From a virus (lineage: Duplodnaviria; Caudoviricetes), in the IMG/VR virus record IMGVR_UViG_2806310684_000002, positions 3,827 to 67,826 of that record: 64,000 bases of DNA. One strand, 5' to 3'. Under the pieces are notes generated by a model, which saw only the letters and a list, made by a program, of their open reading frames with translations, was not told the origin of the DNA and did not search any database. Numbering within the stretch: the stretch's first letter is position 1; the number at the start of each line of letters is the position of its first letter. The translations under genes were made by a program, and so were the position numbers. Positions 37,655 to 46,623 of the stretch are shown piece by piece.

Positions 37655-37758
37655 TGAAGATGATAAATTAGAGGTGAGATGGAGAAAAAAATCATTAACG
37701 TAATTTCCCCGGTAAAACCTCAAATTTTTTAGTACTTTAGGAAGTGGTTAAATGAAAC

Positions 37759-37926
37759 TTACTTTTTTCTTTCTTCAAAGTATACATGTCTTGGTTTAAA
37801 CACACCTTTTGGGTCTAAACGTAAAGCATCACTTTGAACATCTCTAGGAGTAAAAGGATTTTTTTTCGGAATTGGTTTTAAGCTGCCCTTACTTTTATCC
37901 TTCCACCAGCTATCTTTATCTGCCAT
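37759..37926 (-). CDS. Small basic protein (55 aa)
   Basis: RBS AGGAGG; MADKDSWWKDK...EERKK. Confidence 0.55.
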   Translation of the reverse strand: MADKDSWWKDKSKGSLKPIPKKNPFTPRDVQSDALRLDPKGVFKPRHVYFEERKK

Positions 37927-37937
37927 GCGATATCCTC

Positions 37938-38507
37938 CTATAAAATTAATTTTAGTAACTCTTTAAGCAGGTAAGTAACTACAATACCTATAATTGCTAT
38001 TGTTAATTTATCAATACCTTCTTTAAAATCATCGACTTTTTCATCGTTCGATATAGCATTTGATTTGACCACAGCAGTGTATGATTCCATTAAATCGAAT
38101 GAAAGCTCATTTTGATTCCTTTTTGCTGTCTCTATGTCAAAACCATCAAGCCCGATTCTCTGATAAGATTTGGTTTTAAGTACGTTAATGAATTTATTAA
38201 ATGACAATAACAACATGACAACTGGGAATAAATAAATTAATGATATTAAGATAAAACATAAAACCTCGACTTTGGAGTTAGCTGTTTTAAAAGAAGAAAA
38301 ATTAATCTCCGTTAAATAGAAAACCACGACTGCTCCAAGTAATGCTATTAGTATACCAGCACGAGTTTCTAAGTCTCTTTTTCTCCCCACTTCAATATCA
38401 TATTCACTTTGAATAATGCTTAAAAGTAATTCACTACTAGGATATTCTTCGTTCGACTCTGTAGTGGGTTCTACTTCATCTTGTGTAGGCGTATTTTCTG
38501 TACTCAA
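37938..38507 (-). CDS. Three-TM membrane protein (moron)
   Basis: RKRDLETRAGILI followed by three hydrophobic helices; AT-rich. Confidence 0.7.
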   Translation of the reverse strand: MSTENTPTQDEVEPTTESNEEYPSSELLLSIIQSEYDIEVGRKRDLETRAGILIALLGAVVVFYLTEINFSSFKTANSKVEVLCFILISLIYLFPVVMLLLSFNKFINVLKTKSYQRIGLDGFDIETAKRNQNELSFDLMESYTAVVKSNAISNDEKVDDFKEGIDKLTIAIIGIVVTYLLKELLKLIL

Positions 38508-38528
38508 CCTTGACTCTCCTTATTTAAC

Positions 38529-38777
38529 CTAAATATTAGGTTTAACCTTCTTAACTAACTCCGTAATGTCATGTTCCCCGTTATAAATTACCTGATCGAT
38601 TCGAAAATCTTCACTTACGTAAAAACTCATTTTAATTTGTTGGATCCATTCGTAAGCGGCAATGGCTGCTGTCCAATCAGGATCTTTCTTGAAATCTGAA
38701 TTCATTACTGGAAAGCTGCCACTTTTTAAGAATTTAGTTCCATTAGAATGTAGGTTAACCCTGAGATTTATGTTCAT
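38529..38777 (-). CDS. Hypothetical phage protein
   Basis: ORF track; translationally coupled to the upstream gene. Confidence 0.7.
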   Translation of the reverse strand: MNINLRVNLHSNGTKFLKSGSFPVMNSDFKKDPDWTAAIAAYEWIQQIKMSFYVSEDFRIDQVIYNGEHDITELVKKVKPNI

Positions 38778-39415
38778 TATTTTAAGGTAATGGATTCGGT
38801 TTCAGTACCGAAGACGCCAGTTTGTACTTGAACCTTCAAATCAGAAGCATCTGCAACTTCTGGAGCTACATCGAATACCACTTTTCCTGATGCTTCAGAA
38901 TCAGGGTTAACTTCTTGGAAGAAGAAACTGTTTTCAATTTGACCGTCTTCTCCTTGGTTAGCCGATATGCTTGCTGCTGAATCTGCTTCATAAACTTTTT
39001 CTCCGCGTTTCAATTTGAAGAAACTCGCGTCTGCAGTAACAGCTTTGTTTCCGTTGTTCTTTAATGTAACTTCTAAGACAACAAATTTCCCACTTGCCTT
39101 GTCAGGTAAAGCAGAAGGTCCTACTTGGTCAGCTGCTTTTCTCTCTTTGATTGTATACTCCATATTACCTACTTTAACAAGATCGCCAATTCCATAAGTT
39201 TTTTCTTTTTTCTTTTCCTTTTTAGGAGCTTCTTTCTTCTCCTTAACAACTTCTTCTTTAGCGACTTCTTCCTTAGTTTCTGTGCTTGCTGGAGCCGTTT
39301 TTTCATTATCTGTATCTTCCCCGCCGCCTGCAATTGCACCGATAATAATAATTGCTAAAACCCAAACCCACCATTTTTTATAAAACGGTTTATTAACTTT
39401 TTCTTTTTTTGCCAT
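38777..39415 (-). CDS. DUF4352-like membrane-anchored surface protein
   Basis: KPFYKKWWVW anchor; VTLKNNG..NPDSEASGKVVFDV. Confidence 0.82.
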   Translation of the reverse strand: MAKKEKVNKPFYKKWWVWVLAIIIIGAIAGGGEDTDNEKTAPASTETKEEVAKEEVVKEKKEAPKKEKKKEKTYGIGDLVKVGNMEYTIKERKAADQVGPSALPDKASGKFVVLEVTLKNNGNKAVTADASFFKLKRGEKVYEADSAASISANQGEDGQIENSFFFQEVNPDSEASGKVVFDVAPEVADASDLKVQVQTGVFGTETESITLK

Positions 39416-39476
39416 AATAGTATGATCCCCCTAAAATTGTAGTCCAAAAGTAATAGTAGCACATATTACCAAAATA

Positions 39477-39671
39477 TCAATCCTCTTCTTCATATAAATC
39501 ATCAACTTTTACTTCTAACAACCTAGCCAGCTTAAATAATTGATCTGCCGATGGATTCGTCTTTCCTTGGCTCCAATTCGAAATTGTGTTTCTCGATACA
39601 CCCATTTCCTTTTGAATATAATCCCGTTTGAATTTGGAATCTTTGATTAATTTTCCAATATTAGACTTCAT
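39477..39671 (-). CDS. XRE HTH regulator
   Basis: MGVSRNTISNW..PSADQLFKLARLL. Confidence 0.9.
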   Translation of the reverse strand: MKSNIGKLIKDSKFKRDYIQKEMGVSRNTISNWSQGKTNPSADQLFKLARLLEVKVDDLYEEED

Positions 39672-39806
39672 CTACATCACCACTATATAACATTCTCCAT
39701 GTATTTATGTATTCCTGCTTAGAAAATTTTGCACAAATATTTGTGCAAAGTACAGGCAAGTAATTGGGCAGATGACCATACAATGCATAATACAACGTAG
39801 AGGAGA

Positions 39807-39998
39807 GTGGAATATATGGATCCGTTTACTTTTGGAATGGTCTTTACTGGTCTTACTGGTGGATCACTTATGGGCATTGCTTTATTGGATAAGGGCGGAG
39901 TTAAAATCAATGAAGATTTGTTAATACTCGTTTTAGAAATTGCGAAGTACGGCAGCATCCTTTATTTGCTGAAGAAATTATCAATGCTATTCTTGTAA
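39807..39998 (+). CDS. Small membrane protein
   Basis: Hydrophobic; precedes the FtsK gene. Confidence 0.6.
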   Translation: MEYMDPFTFGMVFTGLTGGSLMGIALLDKGGVKINEDLLILVLEIAKYGSILYLLKKLSMLFL

Positions 39999-40170
39999 AC
40001 ACACTTTATTACATGTTCCAATTGGTTGATTGTGGATTATAGTGTGTAATTTTATTGCCCATCTATTGTTCGGCTTGTCTAATTTTGTGTTTTGATTGTA
40101 CGACAGATATGTTTCACATATCTCTTTTCTGTCTGTTTCATCCAGAAAAGATTGATTTCAAAACAAGGGA

Positions 40171-40416
40171 GTGTGGATGATGGATTTTGAAATACACCAT
40201 ATTAAAAAGAAAGCATTTAAGCCATTACAGGAGTTTTTAGCCGATTGGAGCAACGATAAAGAAGATATCGAAAATACTTTAAGCCAATACATGTACATGT
40301 GCCATGATGAAGAAAAAACCTATTACAAACACTTTGGGAATCGAGAGTACTTTAACATCTTAAATAATGGTACAACTGAGGGAGAACTAGAGGATTGGAG
40401 GAATTGGTATGATTGA
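40171..40416 (+). CDS. Hypothetical protein
   Basis: ORF track. Confidence 0.6.
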   Translation: MWMMDFEIHHIKKKAFKPLQEFLADWSNDKEDIENTLSQYMYMCHDEEKTYYKHFGNREYFNILNNGTTEGELEDWRNWYD

Positions 40417-41602
40417 ATGGTTAGCTATTCCTGCCATTGCTTTAGTGGCTGCCTTTATTCCGGGTAAGAAAATGACGGACGAAAAGAAGATTCAACAAAT
40501 ATTTGAAAACAGGAAGGTCGGTATTAATCAGAATGATAATTTCCTTTACCCCAAATTGATCCGTAAATATAACCACCACACATACACCACTTATATCTAC
40601 TCCTTGCCATTAGGCGTACCTTCAGAAGCGTTCGAATCCTTTATCCCTGTACTGAAAGATGGACTCAATAAAGATGTTGAAGTTGATTTTGATGAGGTTT
40701 TAAAAATTAATGTATTTGAACATGGCCTGCCTGAAAGCTGGAATTATGACGATTCCCTCCTTAGGTCTGCAACATGGGAGATACCTATCGGAAACAATCA
40801 TAAAGGAACTTTGTATCACGATTTCGAAAAGTATCCTCATATGCTCGTTGGAGGAGTTACACGTTTTGGCAAAACAGTCTTTATAAAAGAAGCCTTTTAT
40901 ACATTGCTCATGGATCAGTTAGAGAATGTTGAATTTTATTTCTTGGACTTGAAAGGCGGCTTGGAGTTTGGGAAATATCTTTCATTGCCACAAGTAAAGG
41001 CAGTGGCTAGTGATGTTTTTGAAGCAGCGGAAGTGTTGTCCGAAATTGTGGATGACTTAAAAAATCGTGAAAAGATGTTTCGTGCAAAGGGATTTACAAA
41101 CATTGTGGATACTCCTATTAAGAAAAGGACCTTTGTGGTAGTGGATGAGGGAGCCGAGTTATCTCCCAATATCATTGCTGGGGAGGGAAAGAAATACGCT
41201 AAATTCTGTCAGGCTGCCCTTTCTGAAATATCTCGAATAGGCGGAGGTTTAGGATTAAGACTGCTTTACTGTACGCAATACCCCACTAAAGAAGCGGTCC
41301 CGATGCAAGTAAAAATGAATATAGTTTCTTGGATTTCATTCATAGCTGCAGCGCAAATTGGCAGCATGGTTATTTTAGATGAAAAGGGAGCAGAGGATTT
41401 ACCTAGCACTCCAGGAAGAGCTATTTACAAAATTGAAAAGAAAAAAGTTGTTCAAGTTCCCTATATTGACGATAAATATATGTTCAAAAAAATGGAGGAA
41501 AGAGAACATGAAATCATTCACGCAGCAACGAATAGAAAGTCTGTTAACGACAATAGACCAGCTGAGTATGACGAAAATACGCCACCTGCAGCAAATACAT
41601 GA
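40409..41602 (+). CDS. FtsK/SpoIIIE-domain ATPase
   Basis: PHMLVGGVTRFGKT, DLKGG, VVVDE, TQYP. Confidence 0.92.
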   Translation: MIEWLAIPAIALVAAFIPGKKMTDEKKIQQIFENRKVGINQNDNFLYPKLIRKYNHHTYTTYIYSLPLGVPSEAFESFIPVLKDGLNKDVEVDFDEVLKINVFEHGLPESWNYDDSLLRSATWEIPIGNNHKGTLYHDFEKYPHMLVGGVTRFGKTVFIKEAFYTLLMDQLENVEFYFLDLKGGLEFGKYLSLPQVKAVASDVFEAAEVLSEIVDDLKNREKMFRAKGFTNIVDTPIKKRTFVVVDEGAELSPNIIAGEGKKYAKFCQAALSEISRIGGGLGLRLLYCTQYPTKEAVPMQVKMNIVSWISFIAAAQIGSMVILDEKGAEDLPSTPGRAIYKIEKKKVVQVPYIDDKYMFKKMEEREHEIIHAATNRKSVNDNRPAEYDENTPPAANT

Positions 41603-42158
41603 TCTAAAAAGTTACAGCAATGCTTGTCGAGTGATTAAACAACTTAGTCCGTATATCCATGAAACCATGTTCAATAAGGAAAAAGTAATATATCTCAATA
41701 AAGAAGGAAGGGAATTAATCGGATCTAAAAAAGAGGTGAAAAAGAATATGTTAATCGAGCATACTCTTTTGTGTAACGAGGCTTATTTATACTTTAATTG
41801 TCCGTTGGATTGGAAAACGGAGTATGTTATTGAAACAAAAGAATCAGTTCAGTCATCGTTTGGAATACAATTCAAAGGACTGGCACTAGCGGATAAGAAG
41901 AAGGTCGTCAGTGACGCCAGTTTTAGCCGTAATGGATACCTTCACTTAATTGAAGTTGATAACATTCGAGGCATGGCAGATAATAAAAGTAAAATTGAAT
42001 CCTATGCAGATGTGCTTCCGAAATTGAAGGAAAGACTAGGGTTAGTTCCAACACTTTATGTATTTACTTCAACAGAAGATAGGAAGCGTAAATTCGAAGG
42101 TTATATGAAGAAAAATAATTTAAGAGGGGAAGTAAAAACCTTTGATGAAATAAAATGA
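41508..42158 (+). CDS. Replication-relaxation family protein
   Basis: LNKEG..EHTLLCNE..SDASF..LIEVDN; paired with FtsK. Confidence 0.8.
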   Translation: MKSFTQQRIESLLTTIDQLSMTKIRHLQQIHDLKSYSNACRVIKQLSPYIHETMFNKEKVIYLNKEGRELIGSKKEVKKNMLIEHTLLCNEAYLYFNCPLDWKTEYVIETKESVQSSFGIQFKGLALADKKKVVSDASFSRNGYLHLIEVDNIRGMADNKSKIESYADVLPKLKERLGLVPTLYVFTSTEDRKRKFEGYMKKNNLRGEVKTFDEIK

Positions 42159-42206
42159 GAGGGGTGAAATATTTCACCCCTCCGTTTACCCCTCTTTCAC
42201 CCCTCT
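42159..42206. repeat. Integrase arm-type repeats (TT(C/T)ACCCCTC x3 plus one inverted copy)
   Basis: GAGGGGTGAAATATTTCACCCCTCCGTTTACCCCTCTTTCACCCCTCT, ~110 bp from the att core. Confidence 0.7.
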
Positions 42207-42313
42207 ATGATTAAAACGATTTGAAAAGGTTTGAAAAGCATCCCGAAACAAAATGGACTATATCAACAGATTAATGGAATTGGAAGGTATAAAAAAGGTA
42301 ATATTTATAGTTG

Positions 42314-42373
42314 GATATGTTCCGCACGCAAGTCCACCCATGGGAACGCGAACAATATATGTCCATGTATTAA
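42314..42373 (+). other. glnA: att junction: displaced 3' end of the glutamine synthetase gene
   Basis: Translates as DMFRTQVHPWEREQYMSMY*, matching the Bacillus GlnA C-terminus. Confidence 0.9.
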
Positions 42374-42380
42374 TAGCTTC

Positions 42381-42425
42381 AAAGCCTTGGTATTACTGAG
42401 TTTCTCAGTTGCCAAGGCTTTTTTT
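42381..42425. terminator. Terminator-like hairpin between the glnA fragment and the integrase
   Basis: AAAGCCTTGG..CCAAGGCTTTTTTT. Confidence 0.75.
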
Positions 42426-42471
42426 ATTTTTATAAATTGAAGGAGAAAGGGCTGGCTGACCACATTTCAAA

Positions 42472-43655
42472 CTATTTCATATTCAACTGCGTATAATCCA
42501 TGTAATTTGAATATCCGTCTACACTTTTTTCTTCGAGTATTTTTGACACGTGAGCATAGACATCTGCTGTTGTTTGAATGGATTTATGTCCTAAACGTTC
42601 CTGCACATCTTTTAAACTGGATCCAGATTCAAGAAGTAAAACGGCGTGGGTATGTCGTAAACCGTGGATGGTTATATGTTTAGTAATTCCTGCTTTTCTA
42701 CAGATGCGATTAAAAGCTCTGTGTAAGGTGGATTTTGAATAGGGGAGGCCATTCCCTCTTTCGAAAACAAGAGTTGTTTCTCTATGATATCTATCTGCCA
42801 ATTTCAACCTTATTTCCTTTTGCTTAATGACATGACGTGTTAACAGAGCGGCAAGGCTTTCTGCGATTAAAATTTTCTATACGATGTTTCAGTTTTAGGT
42901 GGTCCAAACATTTTATCAATATCCAATGCATCATACTTTATAGTTTTGTATACTTTAATTTTATTTTCGGTAAAGTCTAAATCGTGAAACTGGAGAGCTA
43001 AAGCTTCGCCTTTTCTTAAACCAGTATAAATCAGTGTTTTAAATAAAATAAAATAGTTCCAATCTTCTGCTTGAGCAGCATCTAAAAATCTAAATACTTC
43101 ATCTTTGCTTAGATATTCTAAATCTTCATCTTCTTTTATCTGGTTTATTGCCTTATTAGGGATTGTCACTCCAGAACAAGGGTTTTTAGATATCATTTCA
43201 AGAGAAACGGCTTTATTCATCGCATTGTAAAGAGTAGTGTGGATGATTTCTACAGTTCTTTTACTTTTTTCTTGATCAGCGAGTTTATTAATGATTTTTT
43301 GATAATGTGTTGGGGTTAAATCTTTTATCTTCATATGACCTATTAACGGAAGGAGTTTTTTTTGAACATTTCGTTCATGAAGCTTAAATGTATTTTCTTT
43401 CACTGCATTCTTTTTATAGGTGACTAACCAATCAGGTAAGTAATCTTTAAAAAGAATATCTTTGTTATAAGCCTGTCCGTTATTTATAATAATGTCTTTA
43501 AGTGCTTCCTCCACCTTAAAAGCAGCTTCTTTTTTAGTATCTGCACGTCGTGTAATTTGAGTTCTTTTACCAGTTGCGGGATTGCGAGGACCTTCTTCAG
43601 TACAATTCCATTTGTAGCCCTGTTTATTTTTAGCAGGAACTTTTTTGATATTAAG
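42472..43655 (-). pseudogene. int: Tyrosine integrase, frameshifted near 42867 and lacking a start codon
   Basis: TGLRKGEALAL; HGLRHTHA..RLGH..TTADVY; split into two ORFs. Confidence 0.9.
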
Positions 43656-44069
43656 ACAAAATGGACACAGTCTTTAATTTTTTGTTTTTTGTCAGCAATG
43701 ATTGCTCACAATTCTTCCGACAATCCTTCCGACAGTTCTTCCGGCAAACCGGTTCCAGGTAAAGAAGAAGGAAAAAAGGAATTAAATGCTTTTCAATTTT
43801 ATGAACAAGAAGGTTTTGGGACCATCAGTGGATTTATGGCAGAAAGAATAGGCTTCTTGATTGATGATTTTGGTGAAGCATCATTAATAGCAGCCATGCA
43901 GGAATCAGTATTGCAAGGAGCTCGAAACTTAAAATATGTAGAAGCTATCTTGCTAAATCCTAAGAAAAATTCAGGTGATAAAAAAGGGGGAAAGTTCAAA
44001 ATGCTAAGAAAAATGAGTCTACAGGAGCCTTACTTGAAAAATACGACTTCGGTACCCCGTTTCGGATAA
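43656..44069 (+). pseudogene. Remnant of a DnaD-domain replication initiator
   Basis: NAFQFYEQEGFG..NLKYVEAIL; TTCCGACA iterons near 43713-43748; N-terminus missing. Confidence 0.7.
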
Positions 44070-44094
44070 AAGGTGCGGTGATTGCCAAAAGTTA

Positions 44095-44823
44095 ATGTTC
44101 TTAGATGGTTTCCGAAATTCATTCTGTTGGTACTGCGAAGAGATTAAAGGACAAGATTGGCAATTAGCTAAAGAAACTGAACTTATTCACCAAAGGAATC
44201 AGATAAGGGGGCTCTATGAGGAGTTTGCTGAGAATAGTTTAATCAACGAAAAGTTGAAGAAAGCTACATTTGCCAATTATGTTCCTCCTTCACCTGATCT
44301 TGATAGTGCAAAACATGCTTATATAGACTTCGTGAAGAACTATGATCCTGATAATCCTCAGAGTCTCCTGGTCATTGGAAATTATGGTACTGGGAAAAGC
44401 CATTTAGCAGTGGCGGCTACAAAAGAATTTATGAAGCAGGAGAAATCGGCATTGTTCATCCAAGTAAACAAGTTATTTACCAAAATTACTTCTACCTGGA
44501 ATAAAAACAGCGAGTTAACAGAAGGGAAACTGATGGAAATCATTGCTTCTGTAGAACTGTTAGTTATTGATGATTTTGGTGCGGAATTTACGGAAAAGGA
44601 CAAATCCCAAATAACTTGGAAAGTAACAAAAATGAACGAAATTATAGATTCACGTTGTGGTAAATCTACTATTTTCACGACAAACTTCACTATTTCAGAG
44701 CTATCTGCCATGTACGGTGAAAGAGATTTTTCCCGGATGATTCAGGATGCCGATCCGATTGAGATGTACGGAGACAATTATAGATTGCGAAAATTCCAGA
44801 AAGAAAAGGGAGAATTCAAATGA
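44095..44823 (+). CDS. DnaC/IstB-like helicase loader (5' end probably damaged)
   Basis: GNYGTGKSHLA, LVIDDFGAE, TIFTTN. Confidence 0.85.
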   Translation: MFLDGFRNSFCWYCEEIKGQDWQLAKETELIHQRNQIRGLYEEFAENSLINEKLKKATFANYVPPSPDLDSAKHAYIDFVKNYDPDNPQSLLVIGNYGTGKSHLAVAATKEFMKQEKSALFIQVNKLFTKITSTWNKNSELTEGKLMEIIASVELLVIDDFGAEFTEKDKSQITWKVTKMNEIIDSRCGKSTIFTTNFTISELSAMYGERDFSRMIQDADPIEMYGDNYRLRKFQKEKGEFK

Positions 44824-45056
44824 CCCAAATTAATTTATTAGGCTTTAATGGCCCCGCGCCACACTCGATTATTTACTGGCAGCAAGGCGGGGAGGATCAA
44901 TCAAAAACGGTCTGCTATACGCCGGATGAAGAAAAATGGGCGCTAGATCGTTTTCATACAGCTGGTGATTATTATTATAAAACTTATGATAAAGCTGTTG
45001 TGGATTATGGAGATGAGGTTGTTGATTATCCTCACTCGTTAAGAAAGGGGGCATAA
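44820..45056 (+). CDS. Hypothetical phage protein
   Basis: ORF track; RBS. Confidence 0.6.
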   Translation: MTQINLLGFNGPAPHSIIYWQQGGEDQSKTVCYTPDEEKWALDRFHTAGDYYYKTYDKAVVDYGDEVVDYPHSLRKGA

Positions 45057-45058
45057 GC

Positions 45059-45202
45059 ATGTATTGTCCCGTGTGTAATCGTCCATTAAAAAGCAAAGAA
45101 AGTATTGCCAAGGGTATCGTTCCTGTTTGCGAAGCAAAGCTAAAAAAGATGAAGAATGAAGCTCCTGAGAATCAAATTATGATGGAATTGAAGGTGAAGT
45201 AA
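45059..45202 (+). CDS. DUF6011-like zinc-binding small protein
   Basis: CPVCNRPLKSKESIAKGI.PVC. Confidence 0.7.
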   Translation: MYCPVCNRPLKSKESIAKGIVPVCEAKLKKMKNEAPENQIMMELKVK

Positions 45203-45543
45203 TGCCAGTCAGTAAATACGGCAACAAGAAGGTGACCTTGGATGGCCATACATTTGATAGTAAAGCTGAGGCGAAATACTACGAGCAGCTTAAGTGGTCT
45301 CAACTTCACAACCAAATTTTATTTTTCCGAATACAGCCTCGGTATCTTCTTCAGGCGGCTTTCATGAAGAACGGTAAAACTTTTCGGAAAATTGAATATG
45401 TTGCGGATTTTGAAATCCATAACCTCGACGGATCCATTGAGATAATCGATGTGAAAGGCGTGGAAACGGAGGCATTTAAGATTAAGAGAAAGCTATTTGA
45501 AAAGATTTACCCGCATAAGCTTTCTTCTCCTCAACTTAGATGA
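45202..45543 (+). CDS. DUF1064 family nuclease (C-terminus possibly frameshifted)
   Basis: SKYGNKK..FDSKAEA..YVADF..IDVKG. Confidence 0.85.
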   Translation: MPVSKYGNKKVTLDGHTFDSKAEAKYYEQLKWSQLHNQILFFRIQPRYLLQAAFMKNGKTFRKIEYVADFEIHNLDGSIEIIDVKGVETEAFKIKRKLFEKIYPHKLSSPQLR

Positions 45544-45748
45544 TACATACGGCTGGATTGAGCTGGATGACCCAAGAAGCGTGAGAAAAAAGCAGGGAAG
45601 GTGAAAGCCAATGCAAAGGCGCGTAAGCCGAGAATGGGTACTCCTGTTTCGAAGAGAAGGCGTGCATAAGGTATTCGTTTATGAGCTATTGCGAAAGAAG
45701 GAGCTGGCCAACCGGCTCAGGAGAGGTTGGAAAGTATTAAATTAAATC

Positions 45749-45770
45749 GCGCGGTCGACACAAACAGTGC
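45749..45770. repeat. Cassette-boundary site (GCGCGGT-CGACACAA-ACAGTGC)
   Basis: Same family as the prophage 1 sites; spacer GACACAA shared with the 2159 site. Confidence 0.75.
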
Positions 45771-45794
45771 CGACTGAAAATTTGTCATATCTAC

Positions 45795-45985
45795 TTATTC
45801 AGCATTTTTCTTTTCATAAAAAATCATTGCTATATGGATAATTAAACTTATTGAAAGGGCAATAACAATACTAATATCTAGTGTTCCTGCGTCTTCGGGT
45901 TTATTAAAGAATCCGTTAATTGTAGTGAATATTAGAAGAACTAAATAAATATAGATTACATTTTTCGGGAAAAATGAAATTGGGA
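45795..45985 (-). pseudogene. Two-TM small protein remnant in an inverted cassette
   Basis: RKNVIYIYLVLLIF..ISIVIALSISLIIHIAMIFYEKKNAE*; no intact start codon. Confidence 0.5.
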
Positions 45986-46089
45986 ATACCCCCTTTAAGA
46001 ATTGATGTTATCAATTTCCTGTCAGTAACTATTGTATCTAAAAAGAGAGTACCTTGATAGAGGCCTAATGTATTTTTAAGAAAAGTACA

Positions 46090-46111
46090 GCATAGTTCGA
46101 ATAAACACTGA
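46090..46111. repeat. Cassette-boundary site (GCATAGT-TCGAATAA-ACACTGA)
   Basis: Spacer CGAATAA shared with the 2374 site. Confidence 0.75.
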
Positions 46112-46138
46112 CATTAGGAAGGAAGGAAGGAGCCAGTA

Positions 46139-46303
46139 ATGGAGGCCAATGAGATACCAAGGGAAGAATTACTGTTGCGGGATGTCAACATTCAGTTTTG
46201 GGAGCTGCGCAGGGTTAGAGAGGAGAATCTTCAATTAAAGGAAGAAAACAAGCAGTTGAGGATCATCAAACAAGCTTATGAAGCGTTGAAGACAGCATTA
46301 TAA
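46139..46303 (+). CDS. Small coiled-coil protein
   Basis: RBS AAGGAG; 54 aa. Confidence 0.55.
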   Translation: MEANEIPREELLLRDVNIQFWELRRVREENLQLKEENKQLRIIKQAYEALKTAL

Positions 46304-46382
46304 AAAACTCCCCGTCTGCAAAAGGGGAATCCGAGATTTCTCTAAACATCCTATTTTTATTTTACCACAGGGAGGAATCTCA

Positions 46383-46619
46383 ATGAAAGAAGCTGCCAAG
46401 CTAAATAGTGGATATATTACAAGGTTACAAAACATTGAAATTGATCCTAGTACAATGAGACTAGAAATTGATATAATGAAACAAAAGGGAAGCTTTTCCA
46501 TAGTAGTATGTGATGGTAAGGCAAAATTTATTCAGTTGCCGAATCATGGGGAGACAAGGATTGTTACTCATCAAGGAAAAGTCAAGAGGGTGAAGTTTGA
46601 TGAAGGGGAAGAATTTTAG
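46383..46619 (+). CDS. XtrA/YqaO family protein
   Basis: DGKAK..LPNHGETRIVTHQGKVKRVKFDEGEEF. Confidence 0.8.
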   Translation: MKEAAKLNSGYITRLQNIEIDPSTMRLEIDIMKQKGSFSIVVCDGKAKFIQLPNHGETRIVTHQGKVKRVKFDEGEEF

Positions 46620-46623
46620 TTCT

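Larger units (their letters stand above)
1..42373 (+). mobile_element. Prophage 1, myovirus-type and apparently intact; left end outside window, right end at the glnA-derived att
   Basis: Colinear early, replication, packaging, head, contractile tail, baseplate and lysis modules with no obvious broken ORFs; ends in arm-type repeats plus a glnA 3' fragment. Confidence 0.93.

Noticed and set aside
42231-42440. 69-aa ORF across the att junction
   Set aside because: Spans the recombination junction. The meaningful frame is the glnA fragment.
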